NCBI GenBank assembly: GCA_051866635.1
Contig: JBJDXJ010000031.1
Location: 1 to 39,508, forward strand
Direction of reading: 5' to 3'
DNA length: 39,508 bases
Origin: Clostridia bacterium
GTDB taxonomy: Bacteria; Bacillota; Clostridia; UMGS1883
A program made the position numbers and the translations under genes. Under the pieces are notes generated by a model that saw only the letters and a list, made by a program, of their open reading frames with translations, searched no databases and was not told the origin of the DNA. Below, in pieces: positions 21,067-31,077 of this stretch (its first letter is position 1; the number at the start of each line of letters is the position of its first letter).

Positions 21067-22506
21067 ATGAAAAAGTTTGCATATTTATATATTACTGATA
21101 CTGTTGACCCAAAAGGGGCTTCGGACAGCCTTCTTCAGGCAAAGGAAGAAGGCTTTGACAATGTAATACTGCTCCACCATAAAGATGCTGATATCAGAAA
21201 CGTGAAGTATAAGGAAAAAATCCTAGCCTTTCTTCGTGGGGCTTATCGGCACAAAATGTCACTTTATATTTCAGATGACTGCTTTACATCCTCCGGTACT
21301 GCCTTCGGCGGTCTATGCTCGGTAAAGGATTTGTGGCAAAAGCGGATTTTATCTGCCACAGATTCGATAGATAAAAGCGATATTATAACAGAACGTGACG
21401 GCGCCTTAGTAACCTATGGCTTATCTGACGAAAACTATCCTTATTATCATTATCCCGACCTTACAAACCCCCTTGTGGCAGATATGATTATCCAAGATGT
21501 GTATAAGCCTCTTGTGAAGGAGTTTTCAAAATTTACAGGCTATGAATTTAAAGGATTTATCTCTGTAAAGCCAATGGTTGACAGCCTGAAGGGTGACGTT
21601 ATCTATTCGGAGGAGGCTTTAAATTTATATAAAGAAAAATACGGAGAAATCTCCCTTTCCACCCTTTTGAAAAAGGGGGAGGAATATTCAAAATATATGT
21701 CTTTGGCGGAAAAATGCGTTGAGCAAAATTTCGTTTGGAAATTGAAAAACTTTTGCCGTGACAATAATCTGGAATATATTGTCTGCGGTGGTGAAAATTC
21801 CTTAAGTGATGCTTCGTTGAAGCAAAGTGCATATTCTTTCACAGACAAGAAGGGCAACGGATATTTAATGTGGGCAGACAGCTTGAAAAAGGTTATAAAT
21901 GCAGGCCTTTACAAAATGGGCGTTGTAATGCCCATAAGCCCCGCCATGAAAAAGATGGAGTCCATACGTGAGTTTTTAGAGCTGGTGCCCACAAATTGCC
22001 CCGTTAAGGACCTTAACGAAATTGACGGCTTTGAAAACAGACTACTTATTACAAATATGACCGATAATGTAAGAAGCGTGTGTCTTTTGTTTAAGGATGC
22101 TTATATATATGACTTAAAGGCAAAGGAGGCATACCCCATCGAAAAGACAACATATACCTTCCACCCATACAGCTATTTATATATTGTGAAGAAAAAGAGC
22201 GATATGTACACCTCGGATTTGCCTGCTATTATAGGCGGTGTAAGAATTGGTGAAACAGGAGATGCAAAAATACAGGAATTTGAAAAGCGTGACAATATCT
22301 GTACTTTCTATCTTCCTGAAGAAAATCTTGCAGGAAAATGCCTTGAATTTGAAGGTGATTTTGACTATCTTTGTGTAAGAGTCGGGTCAATGGAGGAGGT
22401 TATTGTGCAAAAACCCTTTGCATTGCCGCTTTACGGTTTCCTTCGCGGTGCAAGAGGTGCGGTGGAAGCCTTTGGCGGAGTGGTAAGTACAATTAAAATA
22501 AGATAA
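21067..22506 (+). CDS. Hypothetical protein, distant GH106 (alpha-L-rhamnosidase)-like
   Basis: Long ORF with RBS GGAG; N-terminal half echoes GH106 motif order (LYISDD..SSGTAFG; PDLTNP...KEFSKFTGYEFKGFISVKP); family call by eye. Confidence 0.5.
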   Translation: MKKFAYLYITDTVDPKGASDSLLQAKEEGFDNVILLHHKDADIRNVKYKEKILAFLRGAYRHKMSLYISDDCFTSSGTAFGGLCSVKDLWQKRILSATDSIDKSDIITERDGALVTYGLSDENYPYYHYPDLTNPLVADMIIQDVYKPLVKEFSKFTGYEFKGFISVKPMVDSLKGDVIYSEEALNLYKEKYGEISLSTLLKKGEEYSKYMSLAEKCVEQNFVWKLKNFCRDNNLEYIVCGGENSLSDASLKQSAYSFTDKKGNGYLMWADSLKKVINAGLYKMGVVMPISPAMKKMESIREFLELVPTNCPVKDLNEIDGFENRLLITNMTDNVRSVCLLFKDAYIYDLKAKEAYPIEKTTYTFHPYSYLYIVKKKSDMYTSDLPAIIGGVRIGETGDAKIQEFEKRDNICTFYLPEENLAGKCLEFEGDFDYLCVRVGSMEEVIVQKPFALPLYGFLRGARGAVEAFGGVVSTIKIR

Positions 22507-22537
22507 AAAAAGCGTGCCGGTTCGACACGCTTTTTTT
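22505..22537. terminator. Bidirectional intrinsic terminator
   Basis: A-tract-GCGTG..CACGC-T7 between convergent genes. Confidence 0.85.
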
Positions 22538-22548
22538 GTCTTATTTAA

Positions 22549-22794
22549 TTAGTCAGCACTATAAGGAATAAGAGCGATATGTCTTGCTCTCTTTATAGCT
22601 GTTGTGAGCTGACGCTGGTGCTTTGCACATGTGCCTGTGATTCTTCTGGGAAGAATCTTTGCTCTTTCGGATACGAAACGACGAAGCTTTGCAACGTCTT
22701 TGTAATCGATATATTCAACCTTATCAGCACAGAACTGGCAAACCTTTTTCTTAGCCTTACGGTTTCTGAATGTCTTTTCGGACTTTTCTGTCAT
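22549..22794 (-). CDS. rpsR: 30S ribosomal protein S18
   Basis: [31 protein letters not shown]. Confidence 0.98.
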   Translation of the reverse strand: MTEKSEKTFRNRKAKKKVCQFCADKVEYIDYKDVAKLRRFVSERAKILPRRITGTCAKHQRQLTTAIKRARHIALIPYSAD

Positions 22795-22812
22795 AGCTTG
22801 TAACCTCCCTTT

Positions 22813-23253
22813 TTAAAATGGTAAATCATCATCAGTTCCCAAAGGTGAGATAGGATCGGGAAGATTGCCGAAGGGCGAATCGTTGAAAACGGGGGCATCG
22901 AAAGAAGCCGCCTCGGAAGATGCTTGTGCACTCTTCTTACTTTCCACGAAATAACTTCTGTCCACAACAACATCTGTTGCATAACGGTTGTTACCGTCAT
23001 TATCCTTCCAGGAACGTGTCTGAATACTTCCTTCAACGCAAATCAAATTGCCCTTCTGAAAGTATTTGGAAATAAATTCGGCGGTCTGTCTCCAGGCAAC
23101 ACAGTTTATGAAATCTGTCTGTCTTTCGCCGCCGGCACTCTGATAGTTACGGTCAACAGCCAGAGAAAAAGAACAAGTGCTTATACCCTGGGGAGTTGAA
23201 CGGAGTTCGGGATCGCGAGTAAATCTGCCAATCAAAATAACCTTGTTTAACAT
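22813..23253 (-). CDS. ssb: Single-stranded DNA-binding protein
   Basis: MLNKVILIGR, C-terminal DDDLPF. Confidence 0.98.
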   Translation of the reverse strand: MLNKVILIGRFTRDPELRSTPQGISTCSFSLAVDRNYQSAGGERQTDFINCVAWRQTAEFISKYFQKGNLICVEGSIQTRSWKDNDGNNRYATDVVVDRSYFVESKKSAQASSEAASFDAPVFNDSPFGNLPDPISPLGTDDDLPF

Positions 23254-23265
23254 ATTATCCTCCGA

Positions 23266-23565
23266 TTATTCTTCCACTCTGATAACTATTGTTCTGAGAA
23301 CGCCTTCAGTAATTCCGTAAATTCTCTCAAGTTCCTTGGGGAATTCGGGATTAGCTGTGAACTTTACAAGTGTGTAGTGACCTTCGCTCTTGTAATCGAT
23401 AGGATAAGCAAGTCTCCTCTTACCCCATACGTCAACACTTTCAACAGTACCGTTCTTTTCGATAAGCTGTGTAAACTTTTCGGAAAGAGCTGTAATCTTT
23501 TCTTCGTCAAGTGCTGCGTCAAGAACAAAAATGGTTTCATACTTGTTTGTCATGATTTCTGCCAT
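23266..23565 (-). CDS. rpsF: 30S ribosomal protein S6
   Basis: Start ATG 23565 after AAGGAGG; KYETIF, WGKRRLAYPI. Confidence 0.97.
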   Translation of the reverse strand: MAEIMTNKYETIFVLDAALDEEKITALSEKFTQLIEKNGTVESVDVWGKRRLAYPIDYKSEGHYTLVKFTANPEFPKELERIYGITEGVLRTIVIRVEE

Positions 23566-23569
23566 TTTT

Positions 23570-23620
23570 TTACACCTCCTTATGGTCTCTGGCCCCGCAA
23601 GATTACGGAGCAAGGAATTG
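23570..23620 (-). promoter_or_regulatory. S6:S18 ribosomal leader (autoregulatory RNA)
   Basis: Minus strand TTCCTTGCTCCGTAATCTTGCGGGGCCAGAGACCATAAGGAGG: CCTT pairs with the SD, inner hairpin, position matches the known rpsF leader. Confidence 0.7.
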
Positions 23621-23649
23621 CGGAAGGGATTTAGTTTCCGCAATTAGTT

Positions 23650-23679
23650 ATTATAAAGCAAAACACCTCATCTTGTCAA
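23650..23679 (-). promoter_or_regulatory. SigmaA promoter for rpsF-ssb-rpsR
   Basis: Minus strand TTGACA-18 bp-TATAAT (perfect hexamers). Confidence 0.85.
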
Positions 23680-23887
23680 TATCTTTTTCAGAAAAAATGT
23701 GCGTTTTTTCCGTAATAATCGGTAATTTCAAAACTTTTGTGCAAATTGTATATTTTTATTTGCGAATTTTGTACAAAAAATCAAAAGGATTTCATATTGT
23801 TTTTGTCGAAAATATACAAATAAGTGAATGTTGGCAGAGGTATCCGACAATATTCTTAAAAAAATTACATAAATGGAGGACAGAAAA

Positions 23888-25933
23888 ATGAAAGTGTATG
23901 AAGGAAAAGACATCAGAAACGTTGCCGTGGCAGGCCATTCGGGCTCCGGCAAAACAGAGTTTATAGAAGCAGCTTTGTTTAAAGCCGGAGTGACTGACAG
24001 ATGGGGCAAAATTAGTGAAGGCAACACCGTGTGCGACTATGATGCGGAAGAAATTAAGCGTCAGATGTCTGTAAACTGTACTGTTGCACCTTTCTCATGG
24101 AGCACTGCAAAAATTGCTGACACAAAGGTTAATTTAATTGATACTCCCGGATATTTCGACTTTGTGGGCGATGTTAAGAGTGCAGTAAGAGTAGCAGACA
24201 GTGTTTTGATAGTTGTGAACGGCAAAGAAGGCGTTGAAGTCGGTGCTGAATTTGCATGGCAGTATGCAACAGAACAGAATAAACCAAAGATGATTTTCGT
24301 AAATAACATGGATGATACTGATGTGTCATTCAGACAGACTCTTACACTTTTAAGAGATAAATTCGGTACAAGTATCGCACCCTTCCGTGTTCCCACACGT
24401 GAGGACGGCTCTCTTACAGGCTATGTAAACATCGTTTCCGGTAAGGCTTATTCCGTTAAGGGTGAAACTGAAATGGAAGTTCCCATCCCGCATAAGTATC
24501 TTGCAAGTTATGAAGGATATCATGATATATTGGTAGAAGCCGCCGCAATGAGTGACGACGACCTTATGGAAAAGTACCTTGGCGGTGAACAAATAACAGA
24601 CGAGGAAATGCGTGGCGCACTTAAGAAGGGTGTTAAGTCAGGCGATATTGTTCCCGTTTACGGCGGCAGTGCAACAAGCGGCTTTGCTATCCGTTCCGTT
24701 ATGGATGCAATTTTAAAGTATCTTCCCTCTCCCGTTGAAGCAAACAACGAAGCGGTTGACTGTGACAGTGCAGCTCCCGTATCTTTAATCACATTTAAGA
24801 CAATTGCCGACCAGTACGTTGGTAAAATTTCAATGTTCAAGGTTGCATCAGGCATTTTAAAGAGCGATTCAAGCCTTTATAACCCCAGAACAGGTGAAAT
24901 GGAAAAGCTGGGCAAAATTTACGTAATGTGCGGTAAAAAGCAGGAGGAGGTCAGCGAGCTTCACGCCGGTGATATCGGTGCCGTCACAAAGGTTAACGAG
25001 CTTAAAACAGGCGATACACTTTGCGAAAAGGGCAGTGATATTGAGCTTGAAGGCATTAAGTTTGCAAAGCCCATGCTTTCAATGGCTATCCGCCCAATGG
25101 CAAAGGGTGATGAAGAAAAGATTAATGCCTCCTTGGCACGTCTTATGGAAGAAGACCCCACATTTACAGTTGAACAGAATACTCTTACAGGTCAGATGAT
25201 TTTGTCAGGTAAGGGCGAACAGCATCTTGACATTATCTGTAGTAAGCTTAAGAGTAAGTTCGGTATCGGTGTTGACCTTATTAACCCCAAGGTTGCATAC
25301 CGTGAAACTATTAAAAAGACAGTTACCGTTCAGGGAAGACATAAGAAGCAGTCAGGCGGTCACGGTCAGTTCGGTGATGTATGGATTGAATTTTCACCCA
25401 GCGGTGAAGAAGGTCTTATATTCGACCAGCGTGTTGTAGGCGGTGCAGTTCCCAAGAACTTCTTCCCGGCAGTTGAAAAGGGCTTACAGGAATGTATGGC
25501 TGAAGGCGTTTTGGGCGGCTTCCCCGTAACAGGAATAAAGGCCGTTCTTACAGATGGTAGCTACCACCCGGTTGACTCTTCCGAAATGGCATTTAAGATT
25601 GCCGCATCCATCGCTTTCAAGGAAGGTACAGCTCAGGCACAGCCTGTCCTTTTGGAACCTATCGGAACGCTGGAGGTTACTGTTCCTTCAAAGAAAATGG
25701 GCGACGTCATCGGCGACTTGAACAAGCGTCGCGGCAGAATACTTGAAATGAACGAAATCGGAAACAACCTTGGTAAGGTTGTGGCTGAAGTTCCCATGAG
25801 CGAAATGACACGTTATGCAATAGACCTTCGTTCAATGACAAAGGGCCGTGGTCAGTTTGATTTTGAATTTGTACGCTACGAAGAAGTTCCCGCACAGAAC
25901 GTGGCAAAAATTCTTGCGGACAGAAACAGATAA
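23888..25933 (+). CDS. Elongation factor G paralog (EF-G2-like)
   Basis: Full EF-G architecture (KKQSGGHGQFGDV, YHPVDSSEMAF, LRSMTKGRG) with divergent G motifs; not in the str operon; start after GGAGG. Confidence 0.92.
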   Translation: MKVYEGKDIRNVAVAGHSGSGKTEFIEAALFKAGVTDRWGKISEGNTVCDYDAEEIKRQMSVNCTVAPFSWSTAKIADTKVNLIDTPGYFDFVGDVKSAVRVADSVLIVVNGKEGVEVGAEFAWQYATEQNKPKMIFVNNMDDTDVSFRQTLTLLRDKFGTSIAPFRVPTREDGSLTGYVNIVSGKAYSVKGETEMEVPIPHKYLASYEGYHDILVEAAAMSDDDLMEKYLGGEQITDEEMRGALKKGVKSGDIVPVYGGSATSGFAIRSVMDAILKYLPSPVEANNEAVDCDSAAPVSLITFKTIADQYVGKISMFKVASGILKSDSSLYNPRTGEMEKLGKIYVMCGKKQEEVSELHAGDIGAVTKVNELKTGDTLCEKGSDIELEGIKFAKPMLSMAIRPMAKGDEEKINASLARLMEEDPTFTVEQNTLTGQMILSGKGEQHLDIICSKLKSKFGIGVDLINPKVAYRETIKKTVTVQGRHKKQSGGHGQFGDVWIEFSPSGEEGLIFDQRVVGGAVPKNFFPAVEKGLQECMAEGVLGGFPVTGIKAVLTDGSYHPVDSSEMAFKIAASIAFKEGTAQAQPVLLEPIGTLEVTVPSKKMGDVIGDLNKRRGRILEMNEIGNNLGKVVAEVPMSEMTRYAIDLRSMTKGRGQFDFEFVRYEEVPAQNVAKILADRNR

Positions 25934-25952
25934 AAAGAAATTAATAATACAT

Positions 25953-25988
25953 AAAAAGAAGACAGGGAAAATTCTCTGTCTTCTTTTT
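25953..25988 (+). terminator. Intrinsic terminator
   Basis: AAAAAGAAGACAGGGAA-aa-TTCTCTGTCTTCTTTTT. Confidence 0.85.
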
Positions 25989-26011
25989 GTGCTCTAAAGT
26001 GGAAAAATGTG

Positions 26012-26040
26012 TTGAATAAACGGAGCAGAAGTGATATAAT
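26012..26040 (+). promoter_or_regulatory. SigmaA promoter for the recJ-rel operon
   Basis: TTGAAT-17 bp-TATAAT with TGn extension. Confidence 0.75.
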
Positions 26041-26084
26041 ATAGTATAAAATTGTTTTCAGCTTAAGAAAGGGGAGGATATATT

Positions 26085-28088
26085 GTGGGAATAACAACAA
26101 AAAAGTGGGTTTATCTTGATAAAAACACAGATGAAAACATGGTTTTTGCCTACAGTAAGCTACTTAATGTTTCTCCGTTAATAGCAAAGGTTCTTATTAA
26201 TCGAGGTGTAACCGATGCAGGTGAAGCGAAAAGGTTCATTGAAAGAGATATTAATTCCCTTTATTCGCCCTTTTTGATTAAAGATATGGACAAGGCTGTT
26301 AAGCGTATTAATAATGCCATTGAAAATAAAGAAAAAATCACAATCTACGGTGATTATGACGTGGACGGTATTACCAGCACCGCGGTACTGGTATCTGTTC
26401 TTAGTAAAAAGGGTGCATTGGTGGATGCCTATATCCCCGACAGACAGAACGAAGGCTACGGTGTAAACTGTGATGCCATTGAAAAAATCGCCAAGGAGGG
26501 CACAAAACTTATCATAACTGTTGATACGGGTATTACCGCCGGGGATGAAGTGGTTTTTGCCCAAAGTTTAGGCGTTGATGTTATAGTAACAGACCATCAT
26601 GAATGTAAAAATACGGTTCCTGATGCAATTGCCGTTGTAAACCCCAAAAGAACAGATTGCGATTATCCCTTTAAGGAATTGGCAGGTGTAGGCGTTGCCT
26701 TTAAACTCGCCTGTGCCCTTACCGATGAAGAAGACGGTGCTGAAAAAATTCTTGATGAATATTCCGACATTGTGGCTGTAGGCACAATTGCCGATGTTGT
26801 CAGCCTTACAGGTGAAAACAGGGTGATTGCAGGGGTTGGTTTGGAAAAGCTTAAGAAAAACCCCAATCTTGGTCTTGGAGAGGTTATAAAGACAATAGGG
26901 TCAAATCCCAAGTGGAACAGCAGTGCTGTTGTAAGCTATTCCATAGCACCTAGAATTAATGCATCCGGCAGAATGAGCAGTGCAATGACTGCAGTAAACC
27001 TCCTTTTAACAGATGACCCGGTAAAAGCATCTGAGCTTGCTTTAGAGCTTGACCGTGAAAATAAAGAAAGACAGAACAAGGAAAGCATTATTTTTGAAGA
27101 AGCGGTCCGCATGATTGAGGATGAATACTATGCGGATAAAAAGGTTCTTATACTTGCAAAAAAAGGTTGGCATCACGGCATTATCGGTGTGGTTGCCTCA
27201 CGTATTTGCGATAAGTACCAGAAAAGCTGCATACTTATTTCAATAGAAGAAGATAAGTGCAAATCCTCAGGCAGAAGCATGGGCGGAATAAACCTTTTTG
27301 AAGGCTTGTCTAAATGTGCCGATATATTGGAAAACTTTGGCGGACATGCTTATGCCGCAGGCTTTTCCATAAAAGAAGAAAATATTCCCGAACTTGACAG
27401 ACGTCTTAATGAATATGCGGCAAATGTGCTTCCTCCCCGTGTAAACCGTGACATACATATAGACGCAAAGGTTGAAATAAGCGACATTACACTTTCCGCA
27501 ATCAGGGAAACAGAAATTTTAGGCCCTTACGGTGTAAGCAACAAAATGCCCATTGTTGCAATAGAAGGTGCTGTTATTTCGGATATAAGAACCTTATCCG
27601 ACGGAAAGCATTGCCGTATACTGGTGGAAAAAAATTCAAAGCGTATTGAGATTATTGCCTTTGGCAGAAGCTATATTGCATCGGATTACTCTGAAGGCGA
27701 TGTGGTTGATGTTGCCGGGGAAATGAACATTAATATTTACAACGGGCAGTCCCGTGTTCAGATTATATTGGAGGACATGAAGCTTTCAGGTAGCGTGATG
27801 CCCCAAAGGGAGGATTTTGTACTGTTTTATAAATACCTCCGTTCCCGAAAGGAGGATTATGACAACACCGTTATGCACCTTGCAAGGGAATTGAGTGAAT
27901 ATGCAGGCGAGGTTGTCACTGTTGAAAAACTTGAGAATATGATATTAGTGTTTGAAGATGTTAAAATGATTGAATACTCTGTTTCAGGGGACAGAATAAA
28001 AATATCACTTCTCCCGGCTGAAAAGGGAACGAAGATAAATATTAATGCAAGTAGGGTTTATCAGGAGCTTCTTTCGGAACAAATTTAA
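26085..28088 (+). CDS. recJ: ssDNA-specific exonuclease RecJ
   Basis: GTG start; YGDYDVDG, ITVDTG, TDHH, GTIADVV, APRINASGR, FGGHAYAAG. Confidence 0.97.
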   Translation: MGITTKKWVYLDKNTDENMVFAYSKLLNVSPLIAKVLINRGVTDAGEAKRFIERDINSLYSPFLIKDMDKAVKRINNAIENKEKITIYGDYDVDGITSTAVLVSVLSKKGALVDAYIPDRQNEGYGVNCDAIEKIAKEGTKLIITVDTGITAGDEVVFAQSLGVDVIVTDHHECKNTVPDAIAVVNPKRTDCDYPFKELAGVGVAFKLACALTDEEDGAEKILDEYSDIVAVGTIADVVSLTGENRVIAGVGLEKLKKNPNLGLGEVIKTIGSNPKWNSSAVVSYSIAPRINASGRMSSAMTAVNLLLTDDPVKASELALELDRENKERQNKESIIFEEAVRMIEDEYYADKKVLILAKKGWHHGIIGVVASRICDKYQKSCILISIEEDKCKSSGRSMGGINLFEGLSKCADILENFGGHAYAAGFSIKEENIPELDRRLNEYAANVLPPRVNRDIHIDAKVEISDITLSAIRETEILGPYGVSNKMPIVAIEGAVISDIRTLSDGKHCRILVEKNSKRIEIIAFGRSYIASDYSEGDVVDVAGEMNINIYNGQSRVQIILEDMKLSGSVMPQREDFVLFYKYLRSRKEDYDNTVMHLARELSEYAGEVVTVEKLENMILVFEDVKMIEYSVSGDRIKISLLPAEKGTKININASRVYQELLSEQI

Positions 28089-28106
28089 AAGAAAGGCGGG
28101 GGTTAT

Positions 28107-30260
28107 ATGAGTGTTACAATTGAACAGGTTATTGAGAGGGTAAAGGAATATAACCCTTCTGCGGATACGGACCGTATTATGAGGGCGTACAATTTTTGTG
28201 TCGAAGCCCACGGCGACCAGATGCGTAAAAGCGGTGAGCCCTACTATATTCACCCCTTGGAAGTATCATATATATTAGCTGATATGGAGCTCGACTGTGA
28301 TACTGTTATAGTGGGTCTTTTGCACGATGTTATTGAAGATACACCCTACGGATACGAGAAACTGAAAAATGACTATGGTGAACAGGTTGCATATCTTGTT
28401 GAAGGTGTGACAAAGCTTGAAAAAATCAAGTCAACCTCCCGTGAAGAACAGCAGATTGAAAACTTAAGAAAAATGATTCTTGCCATGGCAAAGGATATAA
28501 GAGTTATTCTTGTAAAGCTTGCGGACAGACTTCATAATATGCGTACCATGAAGTTCATGAGTGAGGAAAAGCAAAGGGAAAAATCCCACGAAACACTGGA
28601 GGTTTATGCACCCCTTGCCCACAGACTGGGTCTTTCAAAAATTAAGGGCGAGCTTGAAGATTTGGCTATCAAGTATCTTGACAGTGTGGGCTACTACGAA
28701 ATCGTTGAGGGATTGAAGCAGAAAAAGTCCCAAAGGGATGAATATGTAACTCTTATAAAGAACACCTTGGGTCATAAGCTTCAGGAATTGGGCATTAACG
28801 CCCATATTGACGGCAGAGCAAAGCATATTTACAGTATTTACAGAAAAATGTATACACAGGGTAAAACCTTAGATGAAATATACGATATTTTTGCAGTGCG
28901 TATCATTGTTGACAGCGTAAGTGAATGTTACAACGTTTTAGGCATGGTACACGAGCTTTACAAGCCTATCCCCGGTAGGTTCAAGGATTATATCGCAATG
29001 CCTAAGCCAAATATGTATCAGTCACTTCATACAACCCTTATCGGTCCTACAGGTCAGCCCTTTGAGGTTCAGATACGAACATGGGAAATGCACCTTGTGG
29101 CTGAACAGGGTGTTGCGGCACACTGGAAATATAAAGAGGGCGTTTCGGGCAGAACTGACCAGGACGAAAAACTGGCATGGGTTCGCCAGCTGTTAGAGGT
29201 ACAAAGCGAAGCGGCAGATTCGGAAGACTTTTTGAAGAGCTTTAAAATTGACCTTTTTGCAGACGAGGTGTTCGTATTCACTCCCCGTGGCGATGTTATC
29301 AGCCTTCCCCATGGTGCAACACCTATCGACTTTGCTTTTTATATTCATTCCGCTGTGGGCTATAAAATGATTGGTGCAAAGGCAAATTCCAGAATTGTGC
29401 CTCTTGACTATCAGCTCCAGAACGGTGATATTGTTGAAATTATTACAACCTCTGCTGTTAAAGGCCCCAGCCGCGACTGGTTAAATGTTGTTAAAACGGC
29501 ACAGGCAAGGACAAAGATTAACAGCTGGTTCAGAAAAGAAAACCGTGACCTTAACGTTGAAAAAGGTAAGGAAGCGGTTGAAAGAGAAATTAAAAAGCTG
29601 GGCCTTGCTCCTCACAGCCTTCTTGTAGGGGGATATGTTACTCCCATGCTCAGAAGATACGGCTTTAAAACCTTGGATGATGCCTATGCGGCAATAGGCT
29701 ATGGCGGAATTACCGCATCAAAGGTGGCACAGAGACTTCGTGAATATGCCGCAGTTGATGAAGCGGTTGAGGACAAAATCCCCATTTCTGAAACAAAGAA
29801 AAAATCAAAGAGCAGTAACGGTATTGAGGTGGAAGGCGTTGATAACTGTCTTGTAAGGCTTTCAAAGTGCTGTAACCCTGTACCGGGGGATGAAATTGTC
29901 GGGTTTATCACTCGTGGCAGAGGGGTAAGTGTACACCGTGCCTCCTGCATAAATGTAAGGGAAGAAAAACTTGACGAGGAGTCAAAGGCAAGGCGTATTC
30001 GCTGCATGTGGAGCGATATTCAATCAGGAAAATATAACGCAGAGCTTAGTATTGAATGTGCTGACCGTAAGGGTATTCTGGCGGATATTGCATCTGTGGT
30101 TGCGGAAAATTCAATAAACATAGTTTCAGCCACATCACGTTCAGACAGGGCTAAAATTGCAATTATAACCTTGGAGGTTGAAGTGTCCGACCGTGAACAG
30201 GTGGACTTGCTTGTTAAAAAGCTCTACCGTGTACCCAATATTTTAGATATCAGAAGTTAA
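28107..30260 (+). CDS. relA: Bifunctional (p)ppGpp synthetase/hydrolase Rel
   Basis: RKSGEPY, LHDVIED (HD hydrolase), KLADRLHNMRT, YQSLHTT, EVQIRT, TGS and CC/ACT C-terminus. Confidence 0.97.
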   Translation: MSVTIEQVIERVKEYNPSADTDRIMRAYNFCVEAHGDQMRKSGEPYYIHPLEVSYILADMELDCDTVIVGLLHDVIEDTPYGYEKLKNDYGEQVAYLVEGVTKLEKIKSTSREEQQIENLRKMILAMAKDIRVILVKLADRLHNMRTMKFMSEEKQREKSHETLEVYAPLAHRLGLSKIKGELEDLAIKYLDSVGYYEIVEGLKQKKSQRDEYVTLIKNTLGHKLQELGINAHIDGRAKHIYSIYRKMYTQGKTLDEIYDIFAVRIIVDSVSECYNVLGMVHELYKPIPGRFKDYIAMPKPNMYQSLHTTLIGPTGQPFEVQIRTWEMHLVAEQGVAAHWKYKEGVSGRTDQDEKLAWVRQLLEVQSEAADSEDFLKSFKIDLFADEVFVFTPRGDVISLPHGATPIDFAFYIHSAVGYKMIGAKANSRIVPLDYQLQNGDIVEIITTSAVKGPSRDWLNVVKTAQARTKINSWFRKENRDLNVEKGKEAVEREIKKLGLAPHSLLVGGYVTPMLRRYGFKTLDDAYAAIGYGGITASKVAQRLREYAAVDEAVEDKIPISETKKKSKSSNGIEVEGVDNCLVRLSKCCNPVPGDEIVGFITRGRGVSVHRASCINVREEKLDEESKARRIRCMWSDIQSGKYNAELSIECADRKGILADIASVVAENSINIVSATSRSDRAKIAIITLEVEVSDREQVDLLVKKLYRVPNILDIRS

Positions 30261-30300
30261 GGGGTTAACGTGAAAGTTTCTTTCACGTTAGCCTCCGGCG

Positions 30301-30356
30301 GATTTAATTGCCCGTGCGAAATTTTCCAAGGCTACGCCTTAAAAACGCACATGGGC
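30301..30356 (-). repeat. Imperfect hairpin element, copy 1 (related to 33314-33365)
   Basis: Reverse complement GCCCATGTGCGTTTT...GGAAAATTTCGCACGGGCAATTAAATC aligns to copy 2. Confidence 0.65.
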
Positions 30357-30445
30357 GTAATAATCTCTTGTCATTCCTTGCCCTGATGATAAGAGAACCT
30401 TAATTACTATTTGTGCCTTGGCAGGGCGGCGGAATGGAGATTATT

Positions 30446-31051
30446 ATGCAAATAAGAAAATTTGTAATAGGGCAGTTCGGAACAAACTGCTATATATTAG
30501 GGGATAAGAAGGTTACTCTTATTGACCCCGGTGCAAATGCGGAAGGGATAATAAATTATCTTAATAAAGAAAACATGATTCTTGAAAAAATCCTTGTTAC
30601 TCACGGCCATTTTGACCATGTGGCAGCTCTTAAAGAGCTTCGTGAAAAAACTAATGCAAAAGTTTATATGCACAAGGATGATATATGTATGCTGGGCGAT
30701 ATGGAGAAAAGCCTTGGCTTTATGGCAAAAGTAACCCCGGAGAAATGTGAGATTGATGTGGTTTTGTCAGGTGGCGAAAAAATAGAAGTGGGGGATGAGG
30801 TTTTAGAGGTCCTTCACACACCCGGTCACAGTCAGGGTTCTGTCAGCTATATGGGAAAAGACATTGTTTTTTCAGGCGACCTTATTTTCCGAGGAAGTAT
30901 CGGCAGATACGACTACGGTGATTATAATACAGAAATTCAGTCAATTGAAAAGCTTTTGAGTAAACTTAGTGACACCGCTACAATTTTCCCGGGACACGGT
31001 GAAGAAACAACAGCAATTTGGGAGAAGGAAAACAACATCTTTTTAAGATAA
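30446..31051 (+). CDS. MBL-fold metallo-hydrolase (glyoxalase II-like)
   Basis: THGHFDHV, HTPGHS, FSGD, FPGHG motifs. Confidence 0.93.
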   Translation: MQIRKFVIGQFGTNCYILGDKKVTLIDPGANAEGIINYLNKENMILEKILVTHGHFDHVAALKELREKTNAKVYMHKDDICMLGDMEKSLGFMAKVTPEKCEIDVVLSGGEKIEVGDEVLEVLHTPGHSQGSVSYMGKDIVFSGDLIFRGSIGRYDYGDYNTEIQSIEKLLSKLSDTATIFPGHGEETTAIWEKENNIFLR

Positions 31052-31077
31052 AAGTCAAAGCAGAATGGTATGATAAA

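Noticed and set aside
30261-30445. 6S RNA or tRNA in the rel-MBL spacer
   Set aside because: Separate local hairpins, no end-to-end rod or cloverleaf; first hairpin lacks a U-tract so it is not called a terminator either
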